From: Eledone cirrhosa
Lineage: Eukaryota
Length of the DNA: 64,000 nucleotides
Direction of reading: 5' to 3'
NCBI GenBank assembly: GCA_964016885.1
Contig: OZ024742.1
Location: 369,582,001-369,646,000, forward strand
Shown: in pieces, positions 41,655-59,531 of the stretch
How the letters are laid out: each line of letters starts with the position of its first letter
Position numbering within the stretch: position 1 is the first letter of the stretch
The notes under the pieces: generated by a model
What the model saw: only the letters and a program-made list of their open reading frames with translations
What the model was told of the DNA's origin: nothing
Database searches by the model: none
Program-made: the position numbers and the translations under genes

Positions 41655-43523
41655 TATTAGTTTTGCGAGGTTTTTTATATGAAATCGTGTGTTGAAACAA
41701 ATATTGTTATACTTGGGGAGGGTCATATTTGTGTAATATTGCCAGAATTAATAACAGAACACACTCACTGTTTGGTTGGTTTTCGCTTCTCGCTTCTGTG
41801 TCTTTTATATCGGTAATCTAACTTACTCGGTCCTCAATGTTGCCATTGACTGACCGACGGTCAGAAATAATACAGATACAATATAGACACAAACACATAT
41901 ATATATATAGTTTATCATAAATCTTTCGTTGCACATCTGCAACATCGTCAGTGGTGTTATCGTTTCCTCCTGTTGTATTATATGTCTACGCCATTTTTAT
42001 TCAGTCTGTCTATATATTTATTTATTTATTTGCTTGTTTGTTTATTTTATTTTGTCTTCTTTGCGCATGCGTTTGCGTGTGTGTAGTGTTTTGTTTGCTG
42101 TGTGATGGGTGACTAGTGTGTGTTTATGTGTTTGTTGTTATTGTGTTTGTGTATGTATTTATTTATTTATTTATTTATTTATTTTATTTACTTATTTATA
42201 CTTCTCTTAGGTCAGTGTTGTTTGTTTGGGTGTTGTTGTTATTCCATTCATTCTTTCTGTTTAGTCTTGGCCTTCTAATTTCTATTTCACTGGCCTCTCT
42301 GATTTGCCTATCTGCTGGGTCATTTCTATGTTTAGATATTATTCTAATGTCTATGTTGTCTATGTTATCGTCATGTTGTTGTCTAGCATGTTCGTATAGT
42401 ACTGACCCGTTTTTTCGTCCTTTTAGTTCCCCCCAGTGTTGGTCTATCCTTTCACCTATGCTACGAGCTGTCTCACCTATGTATGTTGTTGTCATGTTTC
42501 TGCAAGTACCCTCTGTACGTCTTATGCTATAGACTACGTTTCTAGTTTTACAGTTTATCCGGGGGTTTACCTTACATATGAAACACTTCCTATTGGTAGA
42601 GTGGGTTTTCTTAAAAGGGTAGGTTTTGCTGATCAGGGATTTTATGGTGGTTCTTGGCTTTTCTACCACCTTAATTTTTAAGTGGGTCTTTCTCAGGGCC
42701 TTTCTACACTGGTTAGCTAATTTCCCTCCGGGGGTAGCGTCCATATACATGACACTCTGGTATCTCTGGTTGTCGTACCATGAGGTGGCTTTCCCTATCT
42801 TATGTCTAGCCCTATCTAAGCTATTCCATGATTTGCTCCTGTATAATGGGCAAATTCCTTTCATGTCCAGTTCTATGAGGGTGTTATACTTCTCCATGGC
42901 TCCTTCGTATACTCTGACTCTGTCTCTTTGGTTGTAGCCAGAGAACTGCATGCGGTTGATGAAGTGTTGGATGTGTCTTTCCATTTCTGTTGGGTCGCAC
43001 ATGCGCGACACATTCTTCATCACTCGTACCAAATCTGCGATCAGAATATTAAACTTAGCACTACTTGACATTGCTGAGTTTTTGAGTATCAGGTATTTGG
43101 AGGCCATGGGTTTAGCATAGTGTGAGTGGAGAATTTGGGCTCTCTCGTCTATAGTGTTAATCCAGAGTTGTGTGTCTAATACAGGTAGTCTATTGTTAGG
43201 GTGTTTGGAAGGGAAGTCGATAGTTACAGTTATACTCTGGTGTATGGAATTAGCTATCTGCTGGATGCTTTCCATCGTGCTACGTTCTAAATCAAACTTG
43301 TTGGTGCTTTCTAGTGGGGATGTTCTTATAACTATATTGATATCGTCTACATAACGAGAGTACATGATGAGGTCTATGGAGTCAATTGGCAACATTGAGG
43401 ACCGAGTAAGTTAGATTACCGATATAAAAGACACAGAAGCGAGAAGCGAAAACCAACCAAACAGTGAGTGTGTTCTGTTATTAATTCTGGCAATATTACA
43501 CAAATATGACCCTCCCCAAGTAT

Positions 43524-43531
<8 letters not shown>
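41655..43531 (-). mobile_element. Penelope-like element of a different clade, 5'-truncated, with ~150-bp inverted termini
   Basis: ORF 42196-43395 has RYVDD, VVY..YIGET and LNRKNEW. 41701-41852 is the reverse complement of 43380-43531. HHR-like CTGACGA-tGTTGCA-gatg-TGCAAC-GAAA at 41913-41956. Confidence 0.88.
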
Positions 43532-43608
<77 letters not shown>

Positions 43609-43646
43609 AATATGTATATTTATATATATACATATATACATATTTA

Positions 43647-45776
<2,130 letters not shown>

Positions 45777-45813
45777 TATAATAACTTGTGTGTTACACCT
45801 CTATTCTTTTAAC

Positions 45814-45863
<50 letters not shown>

Positions 45864-45891
45864 CATACATATATATATATATATATGTATG

Positions 45892-45922
<31 letters not shown>

Positions 45923-45931
45923 ATATATATG

Positions 45932-46148
<217 letters not shown>

Positions 46149-46290
46149 TTATTAAAATAACAGATTAAAGTTTAAGCAAAGAATCGCTGCTTTCACTCTT
46201 AACGGGATCTTCTGAAACTAACAAAGTCAATCTGTAAACGCAGAACTGGATATTTCAAAAAACGTTGCAACCGGATATATATATATAAGT

Positions 46291-46410
46291 GAAGGCGTGT
46301 GGCTGAGTGGTTAGAGAATTGGATTTGCAATCGTAAGGTTGTGAGTTCGATTCCTGGACCAGGCGATGCGTTATGTCCTTGAGCAAGACACTTTATTTCA
46401 CGTTGCTCCA
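46291..46410 (+). mobile_element. tRNA-derived CORE-type SINE
   Basis: A-box TGGCTGAGTGG, B-box GAGTTCGATTCC, then GTCCTTGAGCAAGACACTT. Confidence 0.8.
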
Positions 46411-46538
46411 TCTACCTGGAGTTGCGACCGATAGATAGTATTAGCAATTGGAAAGACCAACGGAAACATTGTTCCCTCGGTCCGATTTGACGAAAGTCGA
46501 TCGTTCCTATATATATATATATAATATATATATATATG

Positions 46539-46609
<71 letters not shown>

Positions 46610-48490
46610 TATGAGATGAAAGAATGGTATTTAATTAATGTAATGGTACGCGATGGGGCCTCCCCACAGCCCCGGCGGACAGAATGGAGAAGGCGTTTCC
46701 CCGGAGGACGGCGAGGGAGACGCGCTGGAAAAGCCACTCCAACTCGCGGGTCTCACACCTACGGCTGGCCAGCTCAGCGCCTATGGTGGTGAGTAAGGAG
46801 GTAGCCCTGGGGCCAAGGACACCAGAAGTCTCCACTGCCAAGGGAACGACCGCAAACCTGTCGGTGAGAGACCGGTATTTGAGGAGTTTGGACTCCTCAG
46901 CCCGACGTGCAGCAGAACCTGGGTCAATCGCAGACTGCACCAGGTTGCGGCTGCAGAAAGTGTCGGTGCAAGTGGCATCCTAGACGAGGGGTTTTCCACC
47001 GGGGAACGGGAAGATGGTCATGCCATCTGCCCTTTTGCCGTCCCCTCGATCCAGCCCCACCGGCTCGAGCTGGGAATGGAAGCCTGCAGCGTCCAAGCCA
47101 TGCTTAATGACCTCGTTGAGGGTAGTATGGCGTGGAATGCGGCCGGCACTGTGGCGACAGGAAAGCGGGTGGAGGCTGAAAGAGTCCACGGTGGAACCGC
47201 AACGACATTGGTGTGGCTGGCAGATCCGGAGGCCGAGCCTCAGGGAAACGCCGATTCGCAGGCTATGGTTGTCTAGCTGCGTGCCAGTGGAGAAGGAGGG
47301 CAGAGCATGGAGCCAGACACCACTGTGGGGTTTGGAGGCCGCACGAAAACAAGCAAGGCGGTGCTGGTCGAGCTGGCGCGTGAGCCTGTCTGGGGCCAGG
47401 CTGCACTGGATGGCATCCCAAGTGCGTTGGGGGGACTTGACGTCAACAGGGGGAGAAGGAGGAGGGACGTCTACTGGGCTAAGTCCCAGCCGGTCCCACG
47501 TCTCACAGGCGGCCTCACGTTCTCTGAACACAGAGGGTTCTGTTGTGTTTTGAAGAACCTTGCTGACGAGGACGCGGCACGAGGTTACCGACGAAAGATA
47601 CGCCGGCAAAGCTAGTGAGGTCGGGAACCGGAGGCCTAGGCCGCCATACCTGACCGGTAAAGTGGCCTGTTGCCACCCTATGTCGTCAAACTTGACGTTA
47701 CATATCCCCTCGGCTGCTGCTCGGATACAAGTATCGAGGTCAGCGAGGAGAGATGTCTAGGTGGAGCATGGAGCGCTGCGGAGTGTATAGAGGAGCTTCG
47801 GCATGGCGAAGCAGTTCCTCAGCAGAAAGAGAGCTGGGTGGCCGTCAATCAAGCCCAGTCGGCTCGTGAGAGTCTGGAGCTGTTGAAGCCTGGACCTGAT
47901 GGTGGAGCGGATGGCCGGCGGGTGGATCGGTGACCAAAGGATGAGGACATCCTCTTTGGGGGTCACTTGAACCTGGCGGAGAATGGACCGCACGTCCAAG
48001 GCGGAGGCTGCAAAGCTCACAGCATCGAGGCTGATGTTCACCCTCCGACTTGGCCGCGTTGACCTGGAGGCCGATTCCCGCCAGGGCAGGAATCACCGAT
48101 TGAAGATCTTGGCAGACCGTCCGTACGGGCCCGCCCAACGCACCATCATCCAGATACCAAACGTTGAAAAGGGCCGTGATACTCCGGGCGATGTGGTCAA
48201 TACCAAGGACGAACAGGAGGGGTTCCAAAGGGTCGCCCTGTTGGACCCCAGTAGCCGAGGGTATGACCTATCAGCAGCTAGGAGCATGCTCGAGCTCCAT
48301 ATGACAGGTAGGCCAGCGGGTAGGCAGAGGGGGCTCGGCTGAGGCAGGCCTCGAGCAGATGATCCCGACGTAAAGAGTTAAAGGCATTCCTCATGTCAAG
48401 CTTGACAATGAGGTGTGTGCGCCGGGGCTGTGGGTGGGCCCCATCGCGTACCATTACATTAGTTAAATACCATTCTTTCATCTCATACAT
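46610..48490 (-). mobile_element. CRE-clade-like RLE non-LTR retrotransposon, degenerate and 5'-truncated, with an inverted copy of its 3' end
   Basis: KLDMRNAFNS, WYLDD, CRCG..H.LSC, RH, RADG, AVETSG and LFQRVSLAVLRGNA across several frames. GC-rich, inserted in (TA)n. Confidence 0.85.
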
Positions 48491-49022
48491 ATATTTAAGT
48501 TATGGTATAACTGAAGATATATATCTATCTATCTATCTATATATATATATATAGATAGATAGATAGATAGATATAGATATATATATCTATATATAGAGAG
48601 AGAGAGAGACGCTGCACTCTATATAGTAAGTAGGTACTTAGGTAGTGTATACAATAGGTTAAGAGGGAGTTTAGATGAAACCGATGGACTGTTATTGTTT
48701 CGATTTCAACAATGATAAAAGTCCCACACTGGTATAGATAGGTGATAAGTTCTGATAGTGATCCCATATAAGTAGTTTAGGCGTCCGGTTGTCTGTCGTT
48801 GCCGGATAGACTGCCGCGTCTTATTGCTCGTCTGCCATTTCAGTTCAAATCTCTCCAAGGTCAACTTTGCCTTTCAGATTTTCGAGGTGAATAAAAAAAA
48901 AAACTACCAGTTCAGTACTGGGGTAGATTCTTCTTCAATCTCTCCCTCTCTCTCACCTCCCTTATTTATCTCTGTCCCTCTCCACGTTTATCCCTCCCTC
49001 TCCCCATTCTACCCCCCTATTT

Positions 49023-49084
<62 letters not shown>

Positions 49085-49471
49085 TCTCTCTCTCACTTTA
49101 ATCCTTCTCTGGAGGAAATCGTTCTGACCTGGAGAAAGGATGAGCCCATCCGTCATGTTTAAAATGTTCCAGACACGCCGTATCTCCTACGACACCATCA
49201 ACAATTATAGGTCTATACACACATAAGTGCTGGGGGTCGAATCTAGAAGAAATTATGAAATTATGCTGACGAAGTTTGAGAGTATAGAAACAGTTTTATA
49301 GAAGTGTGAAAGTTTATTATGAGGCAGTCACAAAGCACTCCATGGAGCAAAAGGTTAATGCATTTTCGTGGAGAGTAAACACAAAGTTAAGAAAGTATGA
49401 CACCAACAATAACACGACCAAATGTATGTGGACATAGTTTATAATCACAACAATATAAACGAACAGGTAGG

Positions 49472-50187
<716 letters not shown>

Positions 50188-50346
50188 TTACATATATATA
50201 TACACCTATATAATAGTAATAATATCCTTTGCTTAAACTTTAATCTGTTATTTTAATAAATATTTGCTCTATGGTTTTTATATATTTGATATATATTTAT
50301 ACTTATCGAGCCCTCTTTGGATTTTAGTCTTCACATTTATTATTAT

Positions 50347-50425
<79 letters not shown>

Positions 50426-51084
50426 TATAATATTCATATAATTGTTCTGCATCCCCTTGCATTGAACCACAAAGTTACTAAGACAAAACCTATATATTTG
50501 CTAGCATAGGTATGCACCTGTATATATATGTCGGTAGATATACTAATTCATTATAATAACTCCAAATTATTTTGTTGAGCACATATTTACCAAAACTGCT
50601 ACTATAGTTCATAGTAATAGCTTGGCTACTGTCTTTTTAACACCCCACTCCTCACCGATTAACCTCGATGTCACGTGATTGATTCTTTTGAATTTGACAC
50701 CGACCAAGTAGGCAGTGATTTTTTCAATGTCTTGGAATTTAGTCCACGCTTGCTTTTTTCCATCCACTGAATTATTTTTGTATAAGTTCCCTGTGTCCAC
50801 GCATCGCCTGGGATCTTAGCTGAGAACGACTTCTCCATGCTTTCCATTGGAAAACATGTTTATTCCCTTTCAGAAACTAATTAGTTGGAGTGAAATTTTA
50901 GTAAGTAAGTTAATTTTCATAATTTTCTTATTTTACGTCTTTCATATAATTATTCTGCATCCCCTTGCATTGAACCACAAAGTTACTAAGACAAAACCTA
51001 TATATTTGCTAGCATAGGTATGCATCTGTATATATATGTTGGTAGATATACTAATTCCTAATTCCTTATATATATATATATATG

Positions 51085-52413
51085 TGTGTAGTGGTAGAAC
51101 ACTGGAAGGTAGTATCTGTGGCGGTAGAGCATTCAGTACATAGGACGAGTTAGGTAGAAGTGGTTACACAACAGTTAGTTCACCATACCGAGAACAATTG
51201 TTTCACCTTAGCCGATCCTAAGCTCGTAATGGACATGGTTATATGGAACAGGAAGGACAACCGTACGAACGCGCATGTGCAGAAACGATCACTTCACACA
51301 GGCAATACTAAATTGCGTGCGAGAGGTGTAAACGAAAAACCCAATTACATTCACAAGGACTCATGCCACCCTCCCACTGTTTTTAGAAACTTCGTAAATA
51401 ATATCAGTACTAGAATCTCAAACCTCTCCTTTTATAAGGCTATCTTTGACAGGGCGGTACCCTACTATAACACGGCGTTAACTAACAGCGGCTTCTCACA
51501 ACCTATCACTTACTCTCCCACTATTAACAACAGCAATAAGAAAAGAAAGCGTAACAATAGACAATGAAGGCAAAAAAGTTCTAGCCCTCTTAGATAGACA
51601 CTTTCCAGTAGGTCATAAATACCGCTCCATCTTTAACCGACACAAAATAAAACTAGGACACTCCTGTGCTAAGAACATGAAGGCCCACATCACCCACAGC
51701 CCTAAGAGCAACATCCCACCAGGGTGCTCTTGTCGTAAGCCCGAAGCTTGTCCCCTTCAACAGCAATGCAACACACCCGCTGTAGTTTATGAAGCTGTGG
51801 TCACTTCCAACCGACCAAATCAACCACAGGAGGTCAAATCCTATGTGGGTATGGCGGAGGGCCGATTTAAGGAACGCTTCCTGAACCACCAGTCGACCTT
51901 TAGGTACCTTGACAGACGTTCATCGACGAAACTCGCGAGCCACGTATGGTCCCTCAAGGACTCAAGTATAGACTACTCCATTCAATGGAAAGCCATCACT
52001 AAGTCCAAGCCATACGCAAGGGGCAACCCGTCGTGTGGACTATGTATTGATGAACGAATAAATATTCTAAAGAGATTACGCAATAGTGATTGCCTAAACA
52101 CGAGAAATAAATTCTTCACACGTTGTCGACACGTCTGGAAACACCTCTTACATAACTACAAAGCTCCGGATTGAATTACAATAACATCCTAATTTTCTTA
52201 TCAACGAGAAACTTTCGGGCTTTCGCAGTTATCTCCCTTACACCCCTCGCACGCAATTTAGTATTGCCTGTGTGAAGTGATCGTTTCTGCGCATGCGCGT
52301 TCGTACGGTTGTCCTTCCTGTCCCGTATAACCATGTCCATTACGAGCTGAGGATCCGCTAAGGTGAAACAATTGTTCTCGGTATGGTGAACTAACTGTTG
52401 TGTAACCACTTCT
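51085..52413 (+). mobile_element. Penelope-like (Naiad-like) 5'-truncated element with inverted pLTR (family F)
   Basis: SCHPP thumb region, then CSCR..CPL..C, VVY..YVG, CGLC and CRH in ORF 51677-52174. About 51155-51330 is the reverse complement of about 52240-52414. Confidence 0.88.
52343..52380 (+). ncRNA. Family F minimal type I HHR
   Basis: CGAG-CTGAGGA-tCC-gctaa-GGt-GAAAC-aatt-GTT|CTCG. Confidence 0.7.
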
Positions 52414-52442
52414 ATATATATATGTGTGTATATATATATATC

Positions 52443-52534
<92 letters not shown>

Positions 52535-52778
52535 ATGCATCAACTGCTCACAGGATGTTGCGAGGAAACTGTACAGTTCGGAGCCTACTATGTGTTCCTA
52601 CACAAATCCGATTATCTAGTATGTAACATATTGTGCCCGCTCTGATATGCGGATTCGCATTAACAACATACGACTTTTGTAGAATCACAGAGTGAGTGGA
52701 AAACGACGACCCTAGACGAAATCTAATTGCCTGGCTTGTTATAAGTATTGTAAATAATTATATATGTTATAATTTTAG

Positions 52779-52901
52779 GAATCTGATGACGTCTACTTTA
52801 ATGTTGGGTGAAGAATTACGAAGTGGAGGAAGATGGGGATTTTATGGTTTTCCAAGAATATACAAGAAAAATCTGATCCGAACGAGAATCAACAACGATA
52901 A
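52779..52901 (+). CDS. Hyaluronidase (GH56) next exon
   Basis: TTTTAG acceptor. The phase completes the AG|G Arg codon left by the exon at 31470-31714. Translates NLMTSTLMLGEELRSGGRWGFYGFPRIYKKNLIRTRINND, matching GH56 TL.LG..LRP...WGFYGFP. The 3' boundary (AA|GCGAGT) is less certain. Confidence 0.82.
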
Positions 52902-53234
52902 GCGAGTATTATCTTATTTATTTACTTAATTGTATCAGAGTCGTCTGAAAGTATGAGCACATTGGGCCGTGAGGCCCCACAGGGTCTAACGATCCAATTT
53001 TAGTATGTTGTTGTTGTGTACGTCAAGGCTCTCGTAAATTGCATGTTCAGGAGCCCCACCGTGTCTCGGGTTTCAGGTTTGATCTATATATGCTGTGGTT
53101 GTGTACGTAGGAACCCGATGCTAATCTCTATACACTGTAGCTGTGTATATAAGGGCCACAGTATATTACCTTTCTTGGCAGGGGCGAGAGGGGAAAATAA
53201 TACTGTTAGGGCAGCTCTCAGCGCCTTACCCTCA

Positions 53235-54115
53235 CCATCACTCGTGGTAACGCTGTGAGCATATTGGCTTGTCTCAAAATATTCCGTTGACCCGTGTGCT
53301 GTCATGTGCAGCCGTCGTCGCTCTTGGTGGTGAGTTGATGCTCGTTTTTGTTTCCCTTTCTTTTCTTCTCTTCCTCTCGCCCTGGTAGTATATTTTGGTG
53401 CATATATTTGTAGGGTTCCTAGCAATAGTTAATTGTATTTATTTCATATGTGTTTATATTTTCATTCTGAAAGAATTGTGAAAAATTTGTAATGTTTTTG
53501 TCATCACTGGCGGCTCGCCTTACTGAGATGTCAGGTGATGGTCGTGAGGGTGTCTGGTTGTTTCAGCAACTTAGTCTCGCCATCATCAGGCCTTACTGAG
53601 ATGTCAGGTGATGCTCGTGAGGGTGCCTGGTTGTTTCAGCAACTTAGTCTCGCCATCATCAGGCCTTACTGAGATGTCAGGTAATGGTCGTGCGGGTGTC
53701 TGGTTGTTTCAGCGACTTAATCTCGCCATCATCAGGCCTTACTGAGGTGTCAGGTGATGCTCGTGAGGGTGTCTGGTTGTTTCAGCGACTTAGTCTCGCC
53801 ATCATCAGGCCTTACTGAGGTGTCAGGTGATGCTCGTGAGGGTGTTTGGTTGTTTCAGCGACTTAGTCTCGCCATCCTCCGTGGTAATGTTGCGAGTGTG
53901 TTGGCTTGCCTCAAAGTGTTCCGTTGACCCTTGTGATGTGATGTGCGACTGATGGTCACACTTGATGGTGAATTGATGGTCGTTTTTGTTTTTGCTTCTC
54001 GCTCTTTTTTCTCTTTTTTTCTTTCCTCGCCCTGGTCATGTGTTTTGGTGTTGCCTTTGTTAGGCTCCTGGCAATGGTTGGTTATATTTGCTATGTGTTT
54101 ATACTTAAGTCCATC
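53235..54115 (+). mobile_element. Two tandem 3' ends of a CRE-like element, the second containing a 73-bp x5 minisatellite
   Basis: ITRGNAVSILACLKIFR* and WLFQRLSLAILRGNVASVLACLKVFR*, each followed by a homologous 3' UTR. Repeat units start at 53518, 53591, 53664, 53737 and 53810. Confidence 0.8.
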
Positions 54116-54274
54116 AATTACATTACATTATCTATAATAAAGGGAGGTCAATCAATGATAAACGTTGATTGCCAGATAAATTAACCAAAGAGATATAAAA
54201 GATACAGAAGTGAAAAGCAGCCCAAACCAAACAGTGAGTGTGTTTTATTATTATTTCTGGTAATATTATAACAA

Positions 54275-55160
54275 TTTAAAATCACACTAGAAACGTCCCT
54301 AACCCGAGTCAATTTCTTGGACGTTACCCTCAACCTCGAAAATGATCTGTACAACCCATACAGGAAACCAAACAACAACCTTCACTACATCCACCGCCGC
54401 TCTAACCATCCTAGAAACATTACCAATAACCTGGTTACAAACATCTCCCTCTGCATATCTCGTTTGTCCGCTAATGAGAAGATATTCGATGAACATGCGC
54501 CTCATTACAACCAGGCCCTCAAGCGAAGCGGCTTCCGGGAGGAAATGTCCTTCTATCCAGCTTCCCTTAGCAGAACCAGCAGGCGACGCTGCCGCTCACG
54601 CCACGAAACGTGGTTCAACCCTCCCCACAATGCAGAGGTGGCAACACCAATTGGAAAAATCTTCTTTAGGCTCCTCGAAAAACACTTCCCACCACAACAC
54701 CGCTACCACAACATGATCAACAAAGACACTATCAAACTCTCCTACAGCACCACACCCAACTTCGCACAAAACATCGCCTCCTCAAACAACAAGAAACTCA
54801 ACCCCTATGGAGGAAACAACCTAGACATTAGTGGAGAGCCGACCAGGAGGTGTAACTGCCCTGATAGATCTACGTGCCCCCTCAACAACAGATGCCGAGA
54901 ACGTAACGTGAGGACGGAAACCTCCAACAAAGCCTATATAGGATTAACCGCTTGCGGCTTCAAGACCGAGCTCTACCAACACCGACATACGTTCCGAAAC
55001 CTGGCCCGGCGACATGCCACTACACTTTCAGGCCACATCTGGACCTCCAAGATAATGACATAACATACAATCTTACTTGGAGCTTACTGTCCAGGGCCAA
55101 CTCCTACACGGGAGGACACCGTCCGTGTAACTTATGCTCGGAGGAAACAATACAAATATA
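54275..55160 (+). mobile_element. Naiad-like Penelope fragment (RT thumb plus GIY-YIG)
   Basis: NFLDVTL, SNHP, WFNPP, CNC..CPL..C and YIG. Its 3' part closely resembles 33270-33390. Confidence 0.85.
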
Positions 55161-55701
55161 CTTTCCGAACGACGAAATGATTCTCTATATTTTCTTCGGA
55201 AAGTATATTTATTCCATTTCAGAAACTAATTAGTTGGGAGTGAAATTTTAGTAAGTAAGTTAATTTTATAATTTTCTTATTTTACGTCTCTCATATTATT
55301 GTTCTGCAACCCCATGCATTGAACCACAAAGTTACTAAGACAAAACCTATATATTTGCTAGCATTGATATGCATCTGTATGTATATATATGTTACTAGAT
55401 ATATATATTAATTCTTTATATATATATATAAAGTTAAGAATAACATGGTTGACAGCACAAACAACGGTATTTATTTACAGTCTTACAATTGATTCCATGA
55501 TAGAATTGTCTATAAAATTCTTAACTTTTTTTATTACTCCAAGATATATTTACACAGGAATACAAGCGAAGTCATAAAATCGTCACCAACGTTAACATCT
55601 TGTTGAGTCACACATTACCGTACGCTTAAACTGTCCATAAGTTGTTTTCACAGACTCTTATCGGATTACCTTTAACGATTTATTGTTATCCCCCCCCCCA
55701 T

Positions 55702-55788
<87 letters not shown>

Positions 55789-55791
<3 letters not shown>

Positions 55792-56566
55792 AAAAAATGA
55801 AACGAAATTTCATTTCTCACTCTTAGTACGGCTGTTACTTAAATATAAGTATGTACACGTACATACATATATGTATACAGACGTACAGTAGTATGTATAT
55901 ATATATACATGCACACATATATATATATGTACGTATGGATTCACCGAACATTTATTATAATGCTCGGTGTGTTTGTAAACAAACATCCCGAATTAAGCTG
56001 TACAGAGTCTAGCAACCATAGTTGCTCATTTGTTCAACCCTGACAAAGGAACGCTGTACTAGTTTCAAGCTTATTAGCTATCGTCAGCAACGTATAGCTT
56101 CTTGCCAGATGATTGAACGTCTGAAAGTATAAACTTTCCTTATGCACATTAACGGCTGAGCAGCCTAATTTGCATATCGAGTGAGTTAATCGGCCGGGGT
56201 ACCGAAAACGATAAACGGAAAAAATGAAACGAAATTTCATTTCTCACTCTTAGTACGGCTGTTACTTAAATATAAGTATGTATACGTACATACATATATG
56301 TATACAGACGTAAGTAGTATGTATATATATATATACATGCACACATATATATATGTACGTATAGATTCACCGAACATTTATTATAATGCTCGGTGTGTTT
56401 GTAAACAAACATCCCGAATTAAGCCGTACAGAGTCTAGCAACCATAGTTGCTCATCTGTTCAACCCTGACAAAGGAACGTTTATCGTTTTCGGTACCCCG
56501 GCGGATTAACTCACTCGATATGCAAATTAGGCTGCTCAGCCGTTAATGTGCATAAGGAAAGTTTAT
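55789..56566 (-). mobile_element. Family D retrozyme-like repeat, 1.6 units of 428 bp plus an 87-bp inverted piece; HHR at 56051-56093
   Basis: The unit restarts at 56217; 56480-56566 is an inverted copy of about 56129-56215. Confidence 0.88.
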
Positions 56567-56850
56567 TCCTTCCGTATGAGTTCCAAGACATCATTTTCTA
56601 AGGGTAGCAATGCTGGGTTGCACGGAGGGTTATTATAGGTTTTAAACCCAAATTTATCTTGTTTGTTGTCTGCTTTTCGCTGATTATCGAAATAAAAGGC
56701 ACGCCAACGCAACCTTTTAATGAACGCGTCTGTTTTCTGTATCAGGAGTTTTAGGTATGTTTTCATGCTTGGTAAGGGTATGTTCTTTGTAGAAATATTC
56801 AGATGTTGTTTCTGCATGATGAATATAAGTCAATAGAGTGCTCAACCGAG
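56567..56850 (-). mobile_element. Naiad-like Penelope ORF N-terminus fragment
   Basis: STKNIPLPS..YL..LIQKT..FIKRLRWRAFYF...FGFKT...PP. Confidence 0.75.
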
Positions 56851-57407
56851 GGAGCCATTCTTTTCGTTACCCTCTAAGAAGGAATATGACGTCACTTTCA
56901 GCGTGTATGTATTTATTTTATTTTATTACCTCTGTATTTGATTTACTTTATTCTTAACTCTGAAGCGGAGAATCATTCGGTTTCCTAGTTAGAATTTTAG
57001 TCTACGACTTCAGTTATGCCATTTACGTGGTTTTGTCTTTGCGTGCAATTGTTCTCCACGCTCCACATATGACGTATTATCTTCGTTTTTTCCGTTCATT
57101 GCCAGAGAACGTCTCTATGAACCACCTAAGAGAATATTAGTCTACGACTTCTTTTATACCATAAACATGGTTCTGTCTTTGCGTGTAATTGTTTTTCACC
57201 GCTCCAAATAATGACGTATTATATTCGGTTTTTCCCGTTCTTTGCCAGGAAACGTTTCCACGAACCAAAGTATCGTCTTCCTGTCTTCCTCCGGTTGCAA
57301 CGCTTTTTGAAATATTCACTTCTGCGTTCACAGATTGAGTTTGTTAGTTTCAGAAGATCCCGTTAACGGTGAAAGCAGCGATTCTTTGCTTAAACTTTAA
57401 TCTGTTA

Positions 57408-58971
<1,564 letters not shown>

Positions 58972-59252
58972 GTATATATATATATAGTAATAATAATTAA
59001 TTTGAAGACTAAAATCCAAAGAGTGCTCGATAAGAATAAATATATATCAAATATATAAGAACCCTAGAGCAAATATTTATTAAAATAACAGATTGAAGCT
59101 TAAGCAAAGAATCGCTGCTTTCACCCTTAACGGGGTCTTCTGAAACTGAAAAAATCAATCTGTGAACGCAGAAGTAAATATTTCGAAAAACGTTGCAACC
59201 GAAGGAAGACTGGAAGACGATACTTTGGTCCGTGGAAACGTTCCCTGGCAAA

Positions 59253-59361
<109 letters not shown>

Positions 59362-59446
59362 ATATATATATGTATATATGTATATATATGTATATATATG
59401 TATGTATATATATATATACATATATATATACATATATATATGTATA

Positions 59447-59531
<85 letters not shown>

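Noticed and set aside
46291-46410. Functional tRNA gene
   Set aside because: A and B boxes run straight into a SINE core with no complete acceptor stem.
50609-50800. Possible host exon or element ORF (63 aa)
   Set aside because: No recognisable motif, and it is opposite in strand to the hyaluronidase exons; left unassigned.
55155-55245. HHR in the repeat family at 50420-51060 and 55160-55410
   Set aside because: GAAACTAATTAGTT and a stem II are present, but the core reads CGAACGA, too deviant to call.
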